A stretch of 64,000 nt of DNA from Chthoniobacteraceae bacterium. Its GTDB lineage: Bacteria > Verrucomicrobiota > Verrucomicrobiia > Chthoniobacterales > Chthoniobacteraceae. The stretch is from assembly GCA_044226525.1 (NCBI GenBank), contig JBGAGV010000006.1, positions 157,232 to 221,231 of the forward strand, given 5' to 3'. Of the stretch, positions 25,459-33,692 are shown piece after piece. Position 1 is the first letter of the stretch; every line of letters begins with the position of its first letter. Both the position numbers and the translations under genes were made by a program. The notes under the pieces were generated by a model. The model ran no database searches and was not told the DNA's origin. It saw only the letters and a list, made by a program, of their open reading frames with translations.

Positions 25459-25495
25459 AACGAGTTGAGAGTTGAGCGTTGAGGGTTGAGAGTTT
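25459..25495. repeat. Tandem heptamer repeat (NGTTGAG) x5
   Basis: cgagttgag agttgag cgttgag ggttgag agtt lies in the putative upstream/5' region of the minus-strand hypothetical gene. Confidence 0.5.
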
Positions 25496-25556
25496 TCTGG
25501 GTGCACGCTGCGCGTGGGTGGGGGCGTGGCCGGCGGGGACGCCGGCGCTCCATGGT

Positions 25557-25793
25557 TCATAGGAGCTTCGCCGCCTCCTCGATCTGGCGGAGGACTTCGG
25601 GGGTGAGGCCGGTGGGTTTGGGCGGAGGTTGATGGGCGCGTTCGTAGCGCAGCTTGGAATCCTCGAACCGGTCGCGGGCGAGTTGGAGGGCCTTCTCGCG
25701 CAGGGCGACCGTTTGAGTCCATTGACGTTCCCGCTGGCGCTGGCGCCAGGTGTCCCGGGCGGATTGCAGATCGAGCTGGCGCTGGCGGTCCAC
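25557..25793 (-). CDS. Hypothetical small coiled-coil protein
   Basis: 78 aa, Arg/Gln-rich predicted coiled coil (…RQRQRERQWTQTVALREKALQLARDRFEDSKLRYE…). It abuts the next minus-strand ORF with a 3-nt gap. Coding status is uncertain in GC-rich DNA. Confidence 0.25.
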   Translation of the reverse strand: MDRQRQLDLQSARDTWRQRQRERQWTQTVALREKALQLARDRFEDSKLRYERAHQPPPKPTGLTPEVLRQIEEAAKLL

Positions 25794-25906
25794 GGCGGCG
25801 GTGGCCAGGGCGAGCAGACGCGCGTTGCGCTCGGCCAGGGCGAGATCGAGGAGGAGCTTCTGGGCACAGGCGTGGGTGCGGGCGATTTCGGCGGGGTCGA
25901 GGTCGA

Positions 25907-26308
25907 TCAGGCTTCGCTATCGCGGGCCTGCTCGAGGAGTTCGCGCAGTTGGAACCACGCGCAGAACCGGCGCAGGGAAGTGATCGCGACCTCGATGCCT
26001 TCGGTGGCGAGTTGTTCGCGGGCAAAGGCGACCCCGCCGCGGCCCGAGCCGGACCCGTCGCGCCCAGCTTCGCACCAGGCCATGATTTCTTCCTGTCTGG
26101 CGCGAGGCAGATTTTTGAGCACACAATCGGAGCGGACCTTGCGGCCTGTGAGCAGCCCGATACCGCCGGCGTCCGCCGCCAGCCCAAGCGGATGCGGTGG
26201 GGCGAGCGGATCGGGGGGATCTTTTTTTACCGAACGTTTCGCGCGCTGCGGAGTGGAGTGAGTTGCCGCGCCTTCCGAAGGACGACCAGACCGCGTGAGT
26301 GTTTTCAT
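25907..26308 (-). CDS. Hypothetical protein
   Basis: 133-aa ORF with no recognisable domain. It is the first of three tandem minus-strand ORFs between the S8 peptidase gene and repeat copy A. Confidence 0.25.
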   Translation of the reverse strand: MKTLTRSGRPSEGAATHSTPQRAKRSVKKDPPDPLAPPHPLGLAADAGGIGLLTGRKVRSDCVLKNLPRARQEEIMAWCEAGRDGSGSGRGGVAFAREQLATEGIEVAITSLRRFCAWFQLRELLEQARDSEA

Positions 26309-26433
26309 AGACGCCTAGTTTCGCCTCCGACCCGAATTCACGCGAACCGTCCATTCCCTCCATTCCGTGGGTTCCGGTTTCATTTTTGGTTAACCGGGGG
26401 CGGTATCGTAACCGCTCAGGCGCCAGGGGGGGA

Positions 26434-26578
26434 GGCGCGCTTCCGGCCAGGCGAACCTCAGCTTCGCTCGGTGGGGCGTTGGCGAGGAGAAATGCGTGTG
26501 CTGCGCAGCATGAGGTTGCGCGATCCGATTCTGGAGTTTGTCTCACCTGTCAATGTCAAGAGTTGCCCCCTGCCGCGG
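26434..26578. repeat. Copy A of a ~145-bp intergenic repeat (about 85% identical to copy B)
   Basis: gcttccggccaggcgaacctcagcttcgctcggtggggcgttggcgaggagaaatgcgtgtgctgcgcagcatgaggttgcgcgatccgattctggagtttgtctcacctgtcaatgtcaagagttgccccctgccgcg aligns with 27596-27738. It ends 71 nt upstream of the DUF4203 gene. Confidence 0.6.
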
Positions 26579-26648
26579 ATTGCGCCGGTAAGAAACAACC
26601 TGAACGGAGGACGGCATCCGCTCCGTTCGGGGCGAACGATTTGCCTAT

Positions 26649-27185
26649 ATGGAAATCCCCGTCCTGCTCCTTGGCCTTGCCCTGCTGGTCGCGGGCCGCC
26701 GTGTGTTCTGGCTGTTTGTGGGAGGCGCAGGGTTTCTCTATGGCTGGAGCATTGCCCCGATTTTGGTGCCCGACGGGTCGGCTGGGGCGTTGCTCCTCAT
26801 CGCCGTGGCAGCCGGGGTGATCGGCGCCGTGCTCGCCATTTTCGCCCAGAAGCTGGCCGTTGGATTCGCCGGGGGCATGATGGGCGGCTACCTGGCGTGG
26901 GCCTTTGTCCACGGCACCACGTGGGAGCCTCATCATTTCACCGAACTGTCCTTCCTCGTCGGCTTCGTGATCGGCGCGGTGCTCGTCCTCGTCCTGTTTG
27001 ACTGGGCGCTCATCATTTGGTCGTCCATCGCGGGCAGCGCGTTGATCCTTCAGACCTTTCATCCCGCGCCCTTGCTCAGGGGCCTTCTGTTTCTCGCACT
27101 GGCAGCCCTCGGCATCATCTTCCAGGCGAATCTGCTGGCCCGGGAGCGCCAGCGAAGGATCCTGCACAGCTACGACGCCCCTTGA
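26649..27185 (+). CDS. DUF4203-like polytopic membrane protein
   Basis: MEIPVLLLGLALLVAGRRVFWLFVGGAGFLYGWSIAPILV... has 5-6 Gly/Ala-rich TM helices. Confidence 0.6.
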   Translation: MEIPVLLLGLALLVAGRRVFWLFVGGAGFLYGWSIAPILVPDGSAGALLLIAVAAGVIGAVLAIFAQKLAVGFAGGMMGGYLAWAFVHGTTWEPHHFTELSFLVGFVIGAVLVLVLFDWALIIWSSIAGSALILQTFHPAPLLRGLLFLALAALGIIFQANLLARERQRRILHSYDAP

Positions 27186-27197
27186 ACGGCTGAAGCC

Positions 27198-27566
27198 ATG
27201 CCCGCCTCGTTCACCATCGACACCGACACCGCCTGGGTGCTCACCACGGCCACCGGCATTCTTTCGTATGCGGATGTCGTGGAGCTGATCCGGGCCAAGG
27301 TGAAGGCCGGAGTGATGGCTCACGACGAATTGGTCGATGCCCGGAACGTCACGCTCGACCTGTCCTCGGCCGACCTGCCCGCCATCGTCCGCGAGGTGCG
27401 CACAGCGCTCGGGGATCGTGCCCCGGGCCGGACCGCGATCGTCACGAATAGCGGTTTCCTATATGGACTCGCCCGTGCCTACGCCGATCTAATCAAGGAC
27501 ACCCAGCCGACCTTCGAGGTATTCACCGATATGCTAGAGGCCCGGCAGTGGCTTGCGAAGCGGTAA
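27198..27566 (+). CDS. Hypothetical protein (STAS/SpoIIAA-like fold suspected)
   Basis: 122 aa, MPASFTIDTDTAWVLTTATGILSYADVVELIRAKVKAG... It starts 13 nt after the DUF4203 gene stop, so the two are probably co-transcribed. Confidence 0.5.
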   Translation: MPASFTIDTDTAWVLTTATGILSYADVVELIRAKVKAGVMAHDELVDARNVTLDLSSADLPAIVREVRTALGDRAPGRTAIVTNSGFLYGLARAYADLIKDTQPTFEVFTDMLEARQWLAKR

Positions 27567-27595
27567 GAGACGCGGGATCGGAACCACCAAGGGGC

Positions 27596-27738
27596 AAGCT
27601 TCCGGTCACACGAAGCTCAGCTTCGATCCCTGGGGCGTTGGCGAGGCGAATGCGTGTGCTGCGCGGCACGAGGTTGGCGATCCGATTTGGAGTTTGTATC
27701 ACCTGTCAATGTGAAGAGTCGACCCCTCCCGCGCGCGA
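27596..27738. repeat. Copy B of the ~145-bp intergenic repeat
   Basis: gcttccggtcacacgaagctcagcttcgatccctggggcgttggcgaggcgaatgcgtgtgctgcgcggcacgaggttggcgatccgatttggagtttgtatcacctgtcaatgtgaagagtcgacccctcccgcgcg contains a perfect palindrome, cgaagctcagcttcg. It lies at the boundary of the AT-richer island and upstream of the 27906 gene. Confidence 0.6.
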
Positions 27739-27905
27739 CAGACCGTTCAAGGCGGGCTTCTTCAAGAGCGCTAAGCTTTTGCGATTGAACGCTGGATAGA
27801 CCATGTGTAGAAAATTCAGATCGCGATCAATCCCAAAATTTGTTTTCAGCCTGTGCTCCTCTGTCGCTCAGTTAAATTGACTGATCTAGCTTCGCCTTAT
27901 AAGGT

Positions 27906-28307
27906 ATGAAACTACATACCGGAAGGACTCTCTTGGCGGGCGCATTTCAAGCACATAGGTTGGCGTCGGCTGGTGGAGACATCCCAGGTGGTTCAGGTGC
28001 ACTTCTGCTCTGCTATTCTGTAGAGTGCGGGCTGAAACTCGTTCTGCTTATTCAGCGAAACCTGCACAGCACGGAGCGGCTTTCGGATGATGATCTAACG
28101 CACGATTTGGATGAACTCAGCACAAAGGTTGGGTGCCGACATCGCATTGGAATAACGGATGTAGCCCAGCCCGCGAGCCTGCGCCTCGAATCTCGGCGAT
28201 TACATGAACTTTTTCGATATGGAGGGAAGCTAAGTAACAATAATTTACAAGCGTTGCGAAGTAGGCTGCAGGAAATTGTATTTTGGATCGAGGAGCAACT
28301 CGAATGA
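27906..28307 (+). CDS. Hypothetical 133-aa protein, translationally coupled to the downstream dual-NTPase gene
   Basis: MKLHTGRTLLAGAFQAHRLASAGGDIPGGSGALLLCYSVECGLKLVLLIQRN... The stop TGA (28305-28307) overlaps the ATG at 28304 of the next gene (ATGA). It lies in the AT-richer island. Confidence 0.5.
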   Translation: MKLHTGRTLLAGAFQAHRLASAGGDIPGGSGALLLCYSVECGLKLVLLIQRNLHSTERLSDDDLTHDLDELSTKVGCRHRIGITDVAQPASLRLESRRLHELFRYGGKLSNNNLQALRSRLQEIVFWIEEQLE

Positions 28308-30907
28308 AGGAGTTGTTTACATGGCGAGACGTTCAGGATCAGGTTGACGGCTCTAACGAAAAGCCGTGGATTCGGGCGAGTGCCGACACCACCACCCTCC
28401 GAATCGAATGCCTCCCTGGACAAGCGGCGGAGTGTAGCCGCGTTTTGACAGATATTATTCCTTCGTTCGAGGCGGAGACGAATTCAGTCCGCCTCGCTGG
28501 ATTGCCCTCGAATCAGCGGAAACTCATTGTGGAGATTATCGAGGATGCTGATGTTGCCCCGGTGGTCACGATTGAGAGACCGCTATGGACCAATCGGACC
28601 GCTGAGTTGAAGCCGCCAGCAGCCCCGCTGAAATCAAAAGTCTGTGCTTTCTATTCATACAAAGGAGGCGTGGGGCGAACGACCGCTGTCGTTGCGATGC
28701 TGGCGGAAATTTTGCATCAACATCCTACCAGCCGCGTCTTGGTGATCGATGCGGATTTTGAGGCTCCTGGTCTAACCTGGCTTCTTAAGCCACCCACTGA
28801 GGATGGCTTTTCTTATATCGACGCACTTTCGTTGCTTCATGATGCCGACGATTGGAAACGCGATGCGCTACCTCTCATTGCCGATTGCGTCCGACTGGGT
28901 AGCGCAACTCTCGAGATACCGGATGGGCGTCGCGATTTTTGGTTTCTTCCGGCGGTTCGATCGGTGGACCAACTTTTTAAAATGCCGATTCGTCCAGAAC
29001 AAGTGGTGCGTGCACGAGGACGAGCATGGTTGATGGCTGACTTTTTATTCGAACTTTCGCAAACGCTGAAATTTGATGTAGTGTTGGTGGACATGCGGAC
29101 GGGGATAACAGAGTTTTCATCACCGCTTTTGCTGGACCCTCGTGTTGAAAAGATTTTGGTGACCTCCTGCAATGCTCAATCGGTGCGGGGGACAGTAGAG
29201 ACTTTACGGCGGGTGCAAAAGGCTCATCCGTCTAGTGAAAAGCCGGAGGTCATTGTTAGCCTTGTGCCTCCCGATTCGGGAGAGTTGTTTGAAAAAATTA
29301 GCACTGACATAATTGACGTATTCAATGATCAGCCGCCAACGGGAGGGGATTCGGTCGGCTCGCAGCTTGGAATTCACCGGTCTGATTTTGCGCAGGAGCT
29401 TCTGCATTTCGAAAGCTTGGACGACTTTGCGTTAAAACGGCTTTCCGGAACTCAGCTTGGAAAAAAGGTTGCCCCCGATTTAGTTGAGCGCCTTGTCGAT
29501 ATTTCTGATTCAGTGCCTGCGCGTGAAGACGCCGGAGTTTCGGCCGCGATAACGCCAAAGGATGTCGCAGAGGCAGCGAAAAAATTGGAGTTTGCCGAAC
29601 AAAATTCTGAAGTGGGGTTGTTACCGATCCCCGCTTTGCGAAAGCTTTTAGAGGTGCCGACCGGGAGACTTCCGATAGCTAACGTGATTGGTGCAAAGGG
29701 GGCGGGTAAAACATTTGCCTGGGGACAGTTGGTTCTTGCGAAACGTCTCTTGAAGTTTTCTCAACTCGTCTCGACGACTCATGAAGTGCGGGACGCGCAA
29801 ATATTTCCACTTTTAGCTCCCACTTCATTAAGCCCGCATTTGGCGGATCAAGTGAGGGCACTTGAGGAGCAGGTGGTAGGGAGTCGTGAATCGAGGCTGA
29901 CGCGTTTTGCGCTCAAGGATCAAGTGGAGCGGTCTGATACCTCATGTGAGCCATTTGATTTTTGGTTGTGTGCTATAGCCGATCGTTTGGGTTTGCCCGT
30001 TCCAGCGGGGAACAATGCTCGTGAAAAGCTTCGATCAGTCTTTTCTCAGGTTGAGCCCATTCTTCTGATTGTGGACGGTCTAGAAGATGCACTTCAGGTA
30101 ACCGTTGGGACGGGATTAACTGAACCGCAAAAGAAAATCCTCCGCTACCTGTTGCAGGATTTTCCTAGCATCCTTCGGGAATCCGGAGTTGATAATATTG
30201 GCTTGGTCGTTTTTGTGAGACGAGACTTGGCTGCATTGGCTATCAGGCAAAACTTTGGGCAGTTCGAGGCTCTTCACCGCGACACGACGTTGACATGGAC
30301 GCCGGCAGACGCATTGCGCTTACCGCTCTGGTTGCTGGCGAGACTTGGGTGGGACACAAAACTTCCGAGTGTCGCGACTGCGTCATACGATGAATTGCGT
30401 AAAGCCTTGTTTGCATTTTGGGGCGAGAAGATGGGGGGGAAGCGCGAGGCTTTTACGGACGAATGGGTAATCGCGACCCTTTCAGACTTTAATCTCGTTT
30501 TGCAGGCGAGAGATATGACGAGGTTAGTGCGCTACGCTGCGGAGAATCACGGGATTCGATCATTTCCAATTCCGCATACAGCCCTGAGGAACGCAGTGCC
30601 ATCTGTGTCGCAAGAGAAAATTGCCGAACTGGGAAAAGAAGTTGCCGCGTTGGAATCAATATTTTCGCGTCTCCAAGGGCATGCCATTAATTTGAAAGTG
30701 ATTCCTTTTTCTCCAACGGATGTAGGTCTATCGGCAGAGGAGGTCGTATTTATGCAGCAGCTAGGGTTGCTCGCCCCTTCCGACGAACCGGATAAGTTGT
30801 TCATGCCGGAAATTATTCGGCATGGCTTGGGCTTTAAACTAGCCAACAGGGGCCGTGCTCGCGTTCTTGCGCTTTATCGAGAGGCGCGGCAGCGGCGACA
30901 ATCATAA
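28304..30907 (+). CDS. 874-aa two-NTPase protein: ParA/MinD-type (SIMIBI) P-loop domain with Arg-substituted Walker A + C-terminal NACHT/STAND-like NTPase
   Basis: The N-terminal half has VCAFYSYKGGVGRTTAVVAMLAEIL...RVLVIDADFEAPGL...FDVVLVDMRTGITEF, a ParA/MinD deviant Walker A with GRT in place of GKT. The C-terminal half has LPIANVIGAKGAGKTFAWGQLVL (Walker A) ... EPILLIVDGLEDAL (Walker B of hhhhDGhDE type, as in NACHT/STAND). The first ~100 aa are unassigned. It lies in a visibly lower-GC region. Confidence 0.7.
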   Translation: MKELFTWRDVQDQVDGSNEKPWIRASADTTTLRIECLPGQAAECSRVLTDIIPSFEAETNSVRLAGLPSNQRKLIVEIIEDADVAPVVTIERPLWTNRTAELKPPAAPLKSKVCAFYSYKGGVGRTTAVVAMLAEILHQHPTSRVLVIDADFEAPGLTWLLKPPTEDGFSYIDALSLLHDADDWKRDALPLIADCVRLGSATLEIPDGRRDFWFLPAVRSVDQLFKMPIRPEQVVRARGRAWLMADFLFELSQTLKFDVVLVDMRTGITEFSSPLLLDPRVEKILVTSCNAQSVRGTVETLRRVQKAHPSSEKPEVIVSLVPPDSGELFEKISTDIIDVFNDQPPTGGDSVGSQLGIHRSDFAQELLHFESLDDFALKRLSGTQLGKKVAPDLVERLVDISDSVPAREDAGVSAAITPKDVAEAAKKLEFAEQNSEVGLLPIPALRKLLEVPTGRLPIANVIGAKGAGKTFAWGQLVLAKRLLKFSQLVSTTHEVRDAQIFPLLAPTSLSPHLADQVRALEEQVVGSRESRLTRFALKDQVERSDTSCEPFDFWLCAIADRLGLPVPAGNNAREKLRSVFSQVEPILLIVDGLEDALQVTVGTGLTEPQKKILRYLLQDFPSILRESGVDNIGLVVFVRRDLAALAIRQNFGQFEALHRDTTLTWTPADALRLPLWLLARLGWDTKLPSVATASYDELRKALFAFWGEKMGGKREAFTDEWVIATLSDFNLVLQARDMTRLVRYAAENHGIRSFPIPHTALRNAVPSVSQEKIAELGKEVAALESIFSRLQGHAINLKVIPFSPTDVGLSAEEVVFMQQLGLLAPSDEPDKLFMPEIIRHGLGFKLANRGRARVLALYREARQRRQS

Positions 30908-30974
30908 CATTTCCGCTTGCGCCGCAGCGGATGGGACGCTGCGGCGGGGATCGAAGCGGGAGCTTCGAACTACT

Positions 30975-33026
30975 TTAGGCGGCTAGCTTATCGATCGGCG
31001 TGGGTTTCGGCGGCTCGGGGTCGGACTTTACTTCCTGCCAGGTGGTTAAGACTTGGAGGATCGCCTGGAAGAGGCCGACTTCGGCGCCGGCTTTGCCTTC
31101 CTGGCCGCCGAGCAAGACGACGCGCTCGGGGACGAGGGGTTGTTCGCTTTGGGCGAGTTGTTGGGCGACGAGGTTGATGGCGTAGAGACGCGGGTCGGTG
31201 AAGGCTTCGACCTTCTGCCGGCTGACTTCGGCTTCGGCCTGGCCGACCTGGGCGACGCGGGCGGCTTCACCCTGGCCTTCGAGTTCGGTGGCGCGGGCGC
31301 GGCCTTCGGCGAGGGTGACTTCGCGTTTGGCGAGGCGCTCGGCTTCGGCGAGTTGGGCGGCACCGCGGTTGCCCGCGATCTCGATCTCGACGCGGGTCTG
31401 GGTGAGCTGCGTCTGGCGCTCGGCTTCGGCCTGGGCGTGGTTCAGCTGTTTCTGCTGCATGGCGGCTTCCTGCTGCTTCGCGAAGGTTTCTTTTTGCTCC
31501 TCGGCGAGGCGGCGCTGGCGGAGCTGATCGAACAGGCGATCGATCGGGTCTTCGGCGCCGGGTTTGAGCACGCCGGCTTCGGGGCGGCCGATAAGGACGG
31601 CGACGCAGTTGATATCGAACTCCTGGAAACGCTTGCCGAGTTGCTCGGTGGCGTGGCGTTGGATTTCTTCACGACGAGTGAGCAGGTCGAGCATGTGGCT
31701 GCTCTGCGCCACGTCGCGGAAATACGCGGTGAGGATCGGGTCGAGCGTCTGCGTGATGAGGCGGCGCACGTCGCCGAACCGCTGCACGACGCGCGGGGCT
31801 TTTTCGTAGTCGATGTGGAGCACGAGCGACAGCGGGAGCAGGGGCTCGTAACCGTCGGCGGTGATGAGCGGGATGCTGGTGAGATGCTCGTCGTAACGAT
31901 GCGCCTCGACCTGGCCGCTGATCCAGCGGAGGACGAAGTTCACCGTGGGCACGTGCTCGACTTTGAGCGCGTAGGGATTGAGCGCGTATTTGCCGGGCGC
32001 GAGGGCTTCGCGCCAGACACCGCGGCGACCGGCTTCGACCTGCATGCCGTAGCGGAATTGCGCGCCGGTGACGTCTTCACCGCTCGCGCCGTAGTAACTG
32101 ATGACGACGCCGACGTAGCCGATGGGGATGAGGGTTTTCGGTTGCAGCTCGACGCTCGCGAACCAGCGGTTCACGAAATAGGTGCCGTCGGTAAGGACTT
32201 GCAGTTGTTTACCGCGGCGACCGCCCAGGGCGAGGAATCCCTCGGGATCCTGGAAGTAGTTGTGGCCGCCATCGGTCGGCGTGCCGACCTGCGGGGCGAT
32301 GAATTCGCCGGGCTCGAGCGTGGGGCCATCGTGAATGGTCACGACGCCGATGAGATCGTGCGGCGAGAGTTTGCTCGCGTCGGCCTGCACAGCGGGGTCG
32401 CCGCTGCGTTGCACGTAGTAGGCGCTGCCGATGAGGACGGGCTCGAAGCCATTCGCTCCATTGAGCTCTTCCTGCCAGGTGGCGCATTGTTCGCGTTCGC
32501 GGCGATCGACCGGGCCGGCATGGACGCCGGTTTCGGTGATGACGACGAAGAGCGCGGTATTGATGGCATAGACGCCTTCACGCAGGATGAGGCGCTGGCG
32601 GCCGCGCTGGCCGTTATTTTCCAGGAAGCCGACGGCGTCCTGGAACGAGTTGCAGGTCACCACGGCGCCGAGGGTCTGGGTCGGGCCGAGCGGCAGGCCG
32701 TCGCGGGCATAGACGTAACCGATGCGGCCTTCCGCGACGGTGACGAGCGGGACGGTGTGCACGCGGAACATCCAGAAGGGATATCCGAGATGGAGGCCAC
32801 CGCGCAGGACGCGAGCCTGGAAGCCCGCTTCACCTGCGAGGGCGATGATGCGTCCATGCGCGAGCGAGCCGCGATGGGACCAGAGTTTTTCCACGATGCC
32901 CACGCGATCGTGCGGGATATACCGCAGACCGAGGAGGAAGTTGAGCAGCAGGAGGGTAAGGGCCAGGCCCGCGATGATTTTCACGAGCAGGAACCCGACG
33001 GTGAACAGCGTGATGATGCCGTTCAT
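30975..33026 (-). CDS. Flotillin-family SPFH/band-7 protein (YqiK/FloA-like)
   Basis: N-terminal TM segment (MNGIITLFTVGFLLVKIIAGLALTLLLL) followed by an SPFH domain. The C-terminus is a long Ala/Glu/Gln-rich coiled coil (…AEAERQTQLTQTRVEIEIAGNRGAAQLAEAERLAKREVTLAEGRARATELEGQGEAARVAQVGQAEAEV…), as in flotillins. Confidence 0.85.
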   Translation of the reverse strand: MNGIITLFTVGFLLVKIIAGLALTLLLLNFLLGLRYIPHDRVGIVEKLWSHRGSLAHGRIIALAGEAGFQARVLRGGLHLGYPFWMFRVHTVPLVTVAEGRIGYVYARDGLPLGPTQTLGAVVTCNSFQDAVGFLENNGQRGRQRLILREGVYAINTALFVVITETGVHAGPVDRREREQCATWQEELNGANGFEPVLIGSAYYVQRSGDPAVQADASKLSPHDLIGVVTIHDGPTLEPGEFIAPQVGTPTDGGHNYFQDPEGFLALGGRRGKQLQVLTDGTYFVNRWFASVELQPKTLIPIGYVGVVISYYGASGEDVTGAQFRYGMQVEAGRRGVWREALAPGKYALNPYALKVEHVPTVNFVLRWISGQVEAHRYDEHLTSIPLITADGYEPLLPLSLVLHIDYEKAPRVVQRFGDVRRLITQTLDPILTAYFRDVAQSSHMLDLLTRREEIQRHATEQLGKRFQEFDINCVAVLIGRPEAGVLKPGAEDPIDRLFDQLRQRRLAEEQKETFAKQQEAAMQQKQLNHAQAEAERQTQLTQTRVEIEIAGNRGAAQLAEAERLAKREVTLAEGRARATELEGQGEAARVAQVGQAEAEVSRQKVEAFTDPRLYAINLVAQQLAQSEQPLVPERVVLLGGQEGKAGAEVGLFQAILQVLTTWQEVKSDPEPPKPTPIDKLAA

Positions 33027-33692
33027 GATGGATGTGTTCTCTTTCTATATGTCGGCTTTGCGAACACTGCGGTCCGGGCTCGGGTGGGCTGGAGCGGCGT
33101 GGCGGCCTTGGGCCGTTCACGTTTGGTGCTGCCGCAGGACGGCAGGGCTCCCGGCATCCGGGCACGGGTGTGCGCGAAGCTGGCTATTTTCGAGAGGATG
33201 GAGCGCCGCTTTGGCGCCCGGTGAGTTTGCTCACCGAGGGTTGCCGCGGCTCCCTGCCTCTGGGTGTTGAGCGGACGGAGTTAGCTGTCGGGCTTGGGCC
33301 ACTCAGTGCCCCCGGCGCCGCAGTGCGCCGTTCGCCCCAGTGGCCGCTCTTCTAGGAAAGAAGGGCGGCGGAATTTGGGTCCCCCGTTGATCGGGCCACT
33401 TGGCTCGATCATTACGCTGGCAAAGAACCGCTATTAGTATGACACAAGCGATGGCGGGGTCAACTCGGCCCGGCCTTCGGGTGGGCGTTCTGAGAGGCTA
33501 AGGTGCTGCCCAGTCGAACTTTACAGCAAAACCCCGAAAAGGATGGCATGCCGTCGAAATCGCCACAAAAAGGCGTTTGGGCAGGAGATTCATTGTTGAC
33601 CCCGAGCTGGGAAACAGGTCTCCTCGCCCGACTAAATTGCAGTGGAGGCGCTTCATCGTGCTCATGAAGCGCTGCACAGCCCATTAACTTCC

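Noticed and set aside
25949-27001. 350-aa plus-strand ORF spanning the repeat A region and the DUF4203 gene
   Set aside because: It is out of frame with the convincing DUF4203 membrane protein and has a low-complexity Arg/Pro/Gly-rich translation. The short conserved 'MRVLR…' ORFs inside both repeat copies are likewise taken to be non-coding, because the nucleotide conservation exceeds the protein-level sense.
31053-33224. 723-aa plus-strand ORF
   Set aside because: It is antisense to the flotillin gene. Its Gly/Ala/Asp/Glu-rich low-complexity translation mirrors the coiled-coil region.
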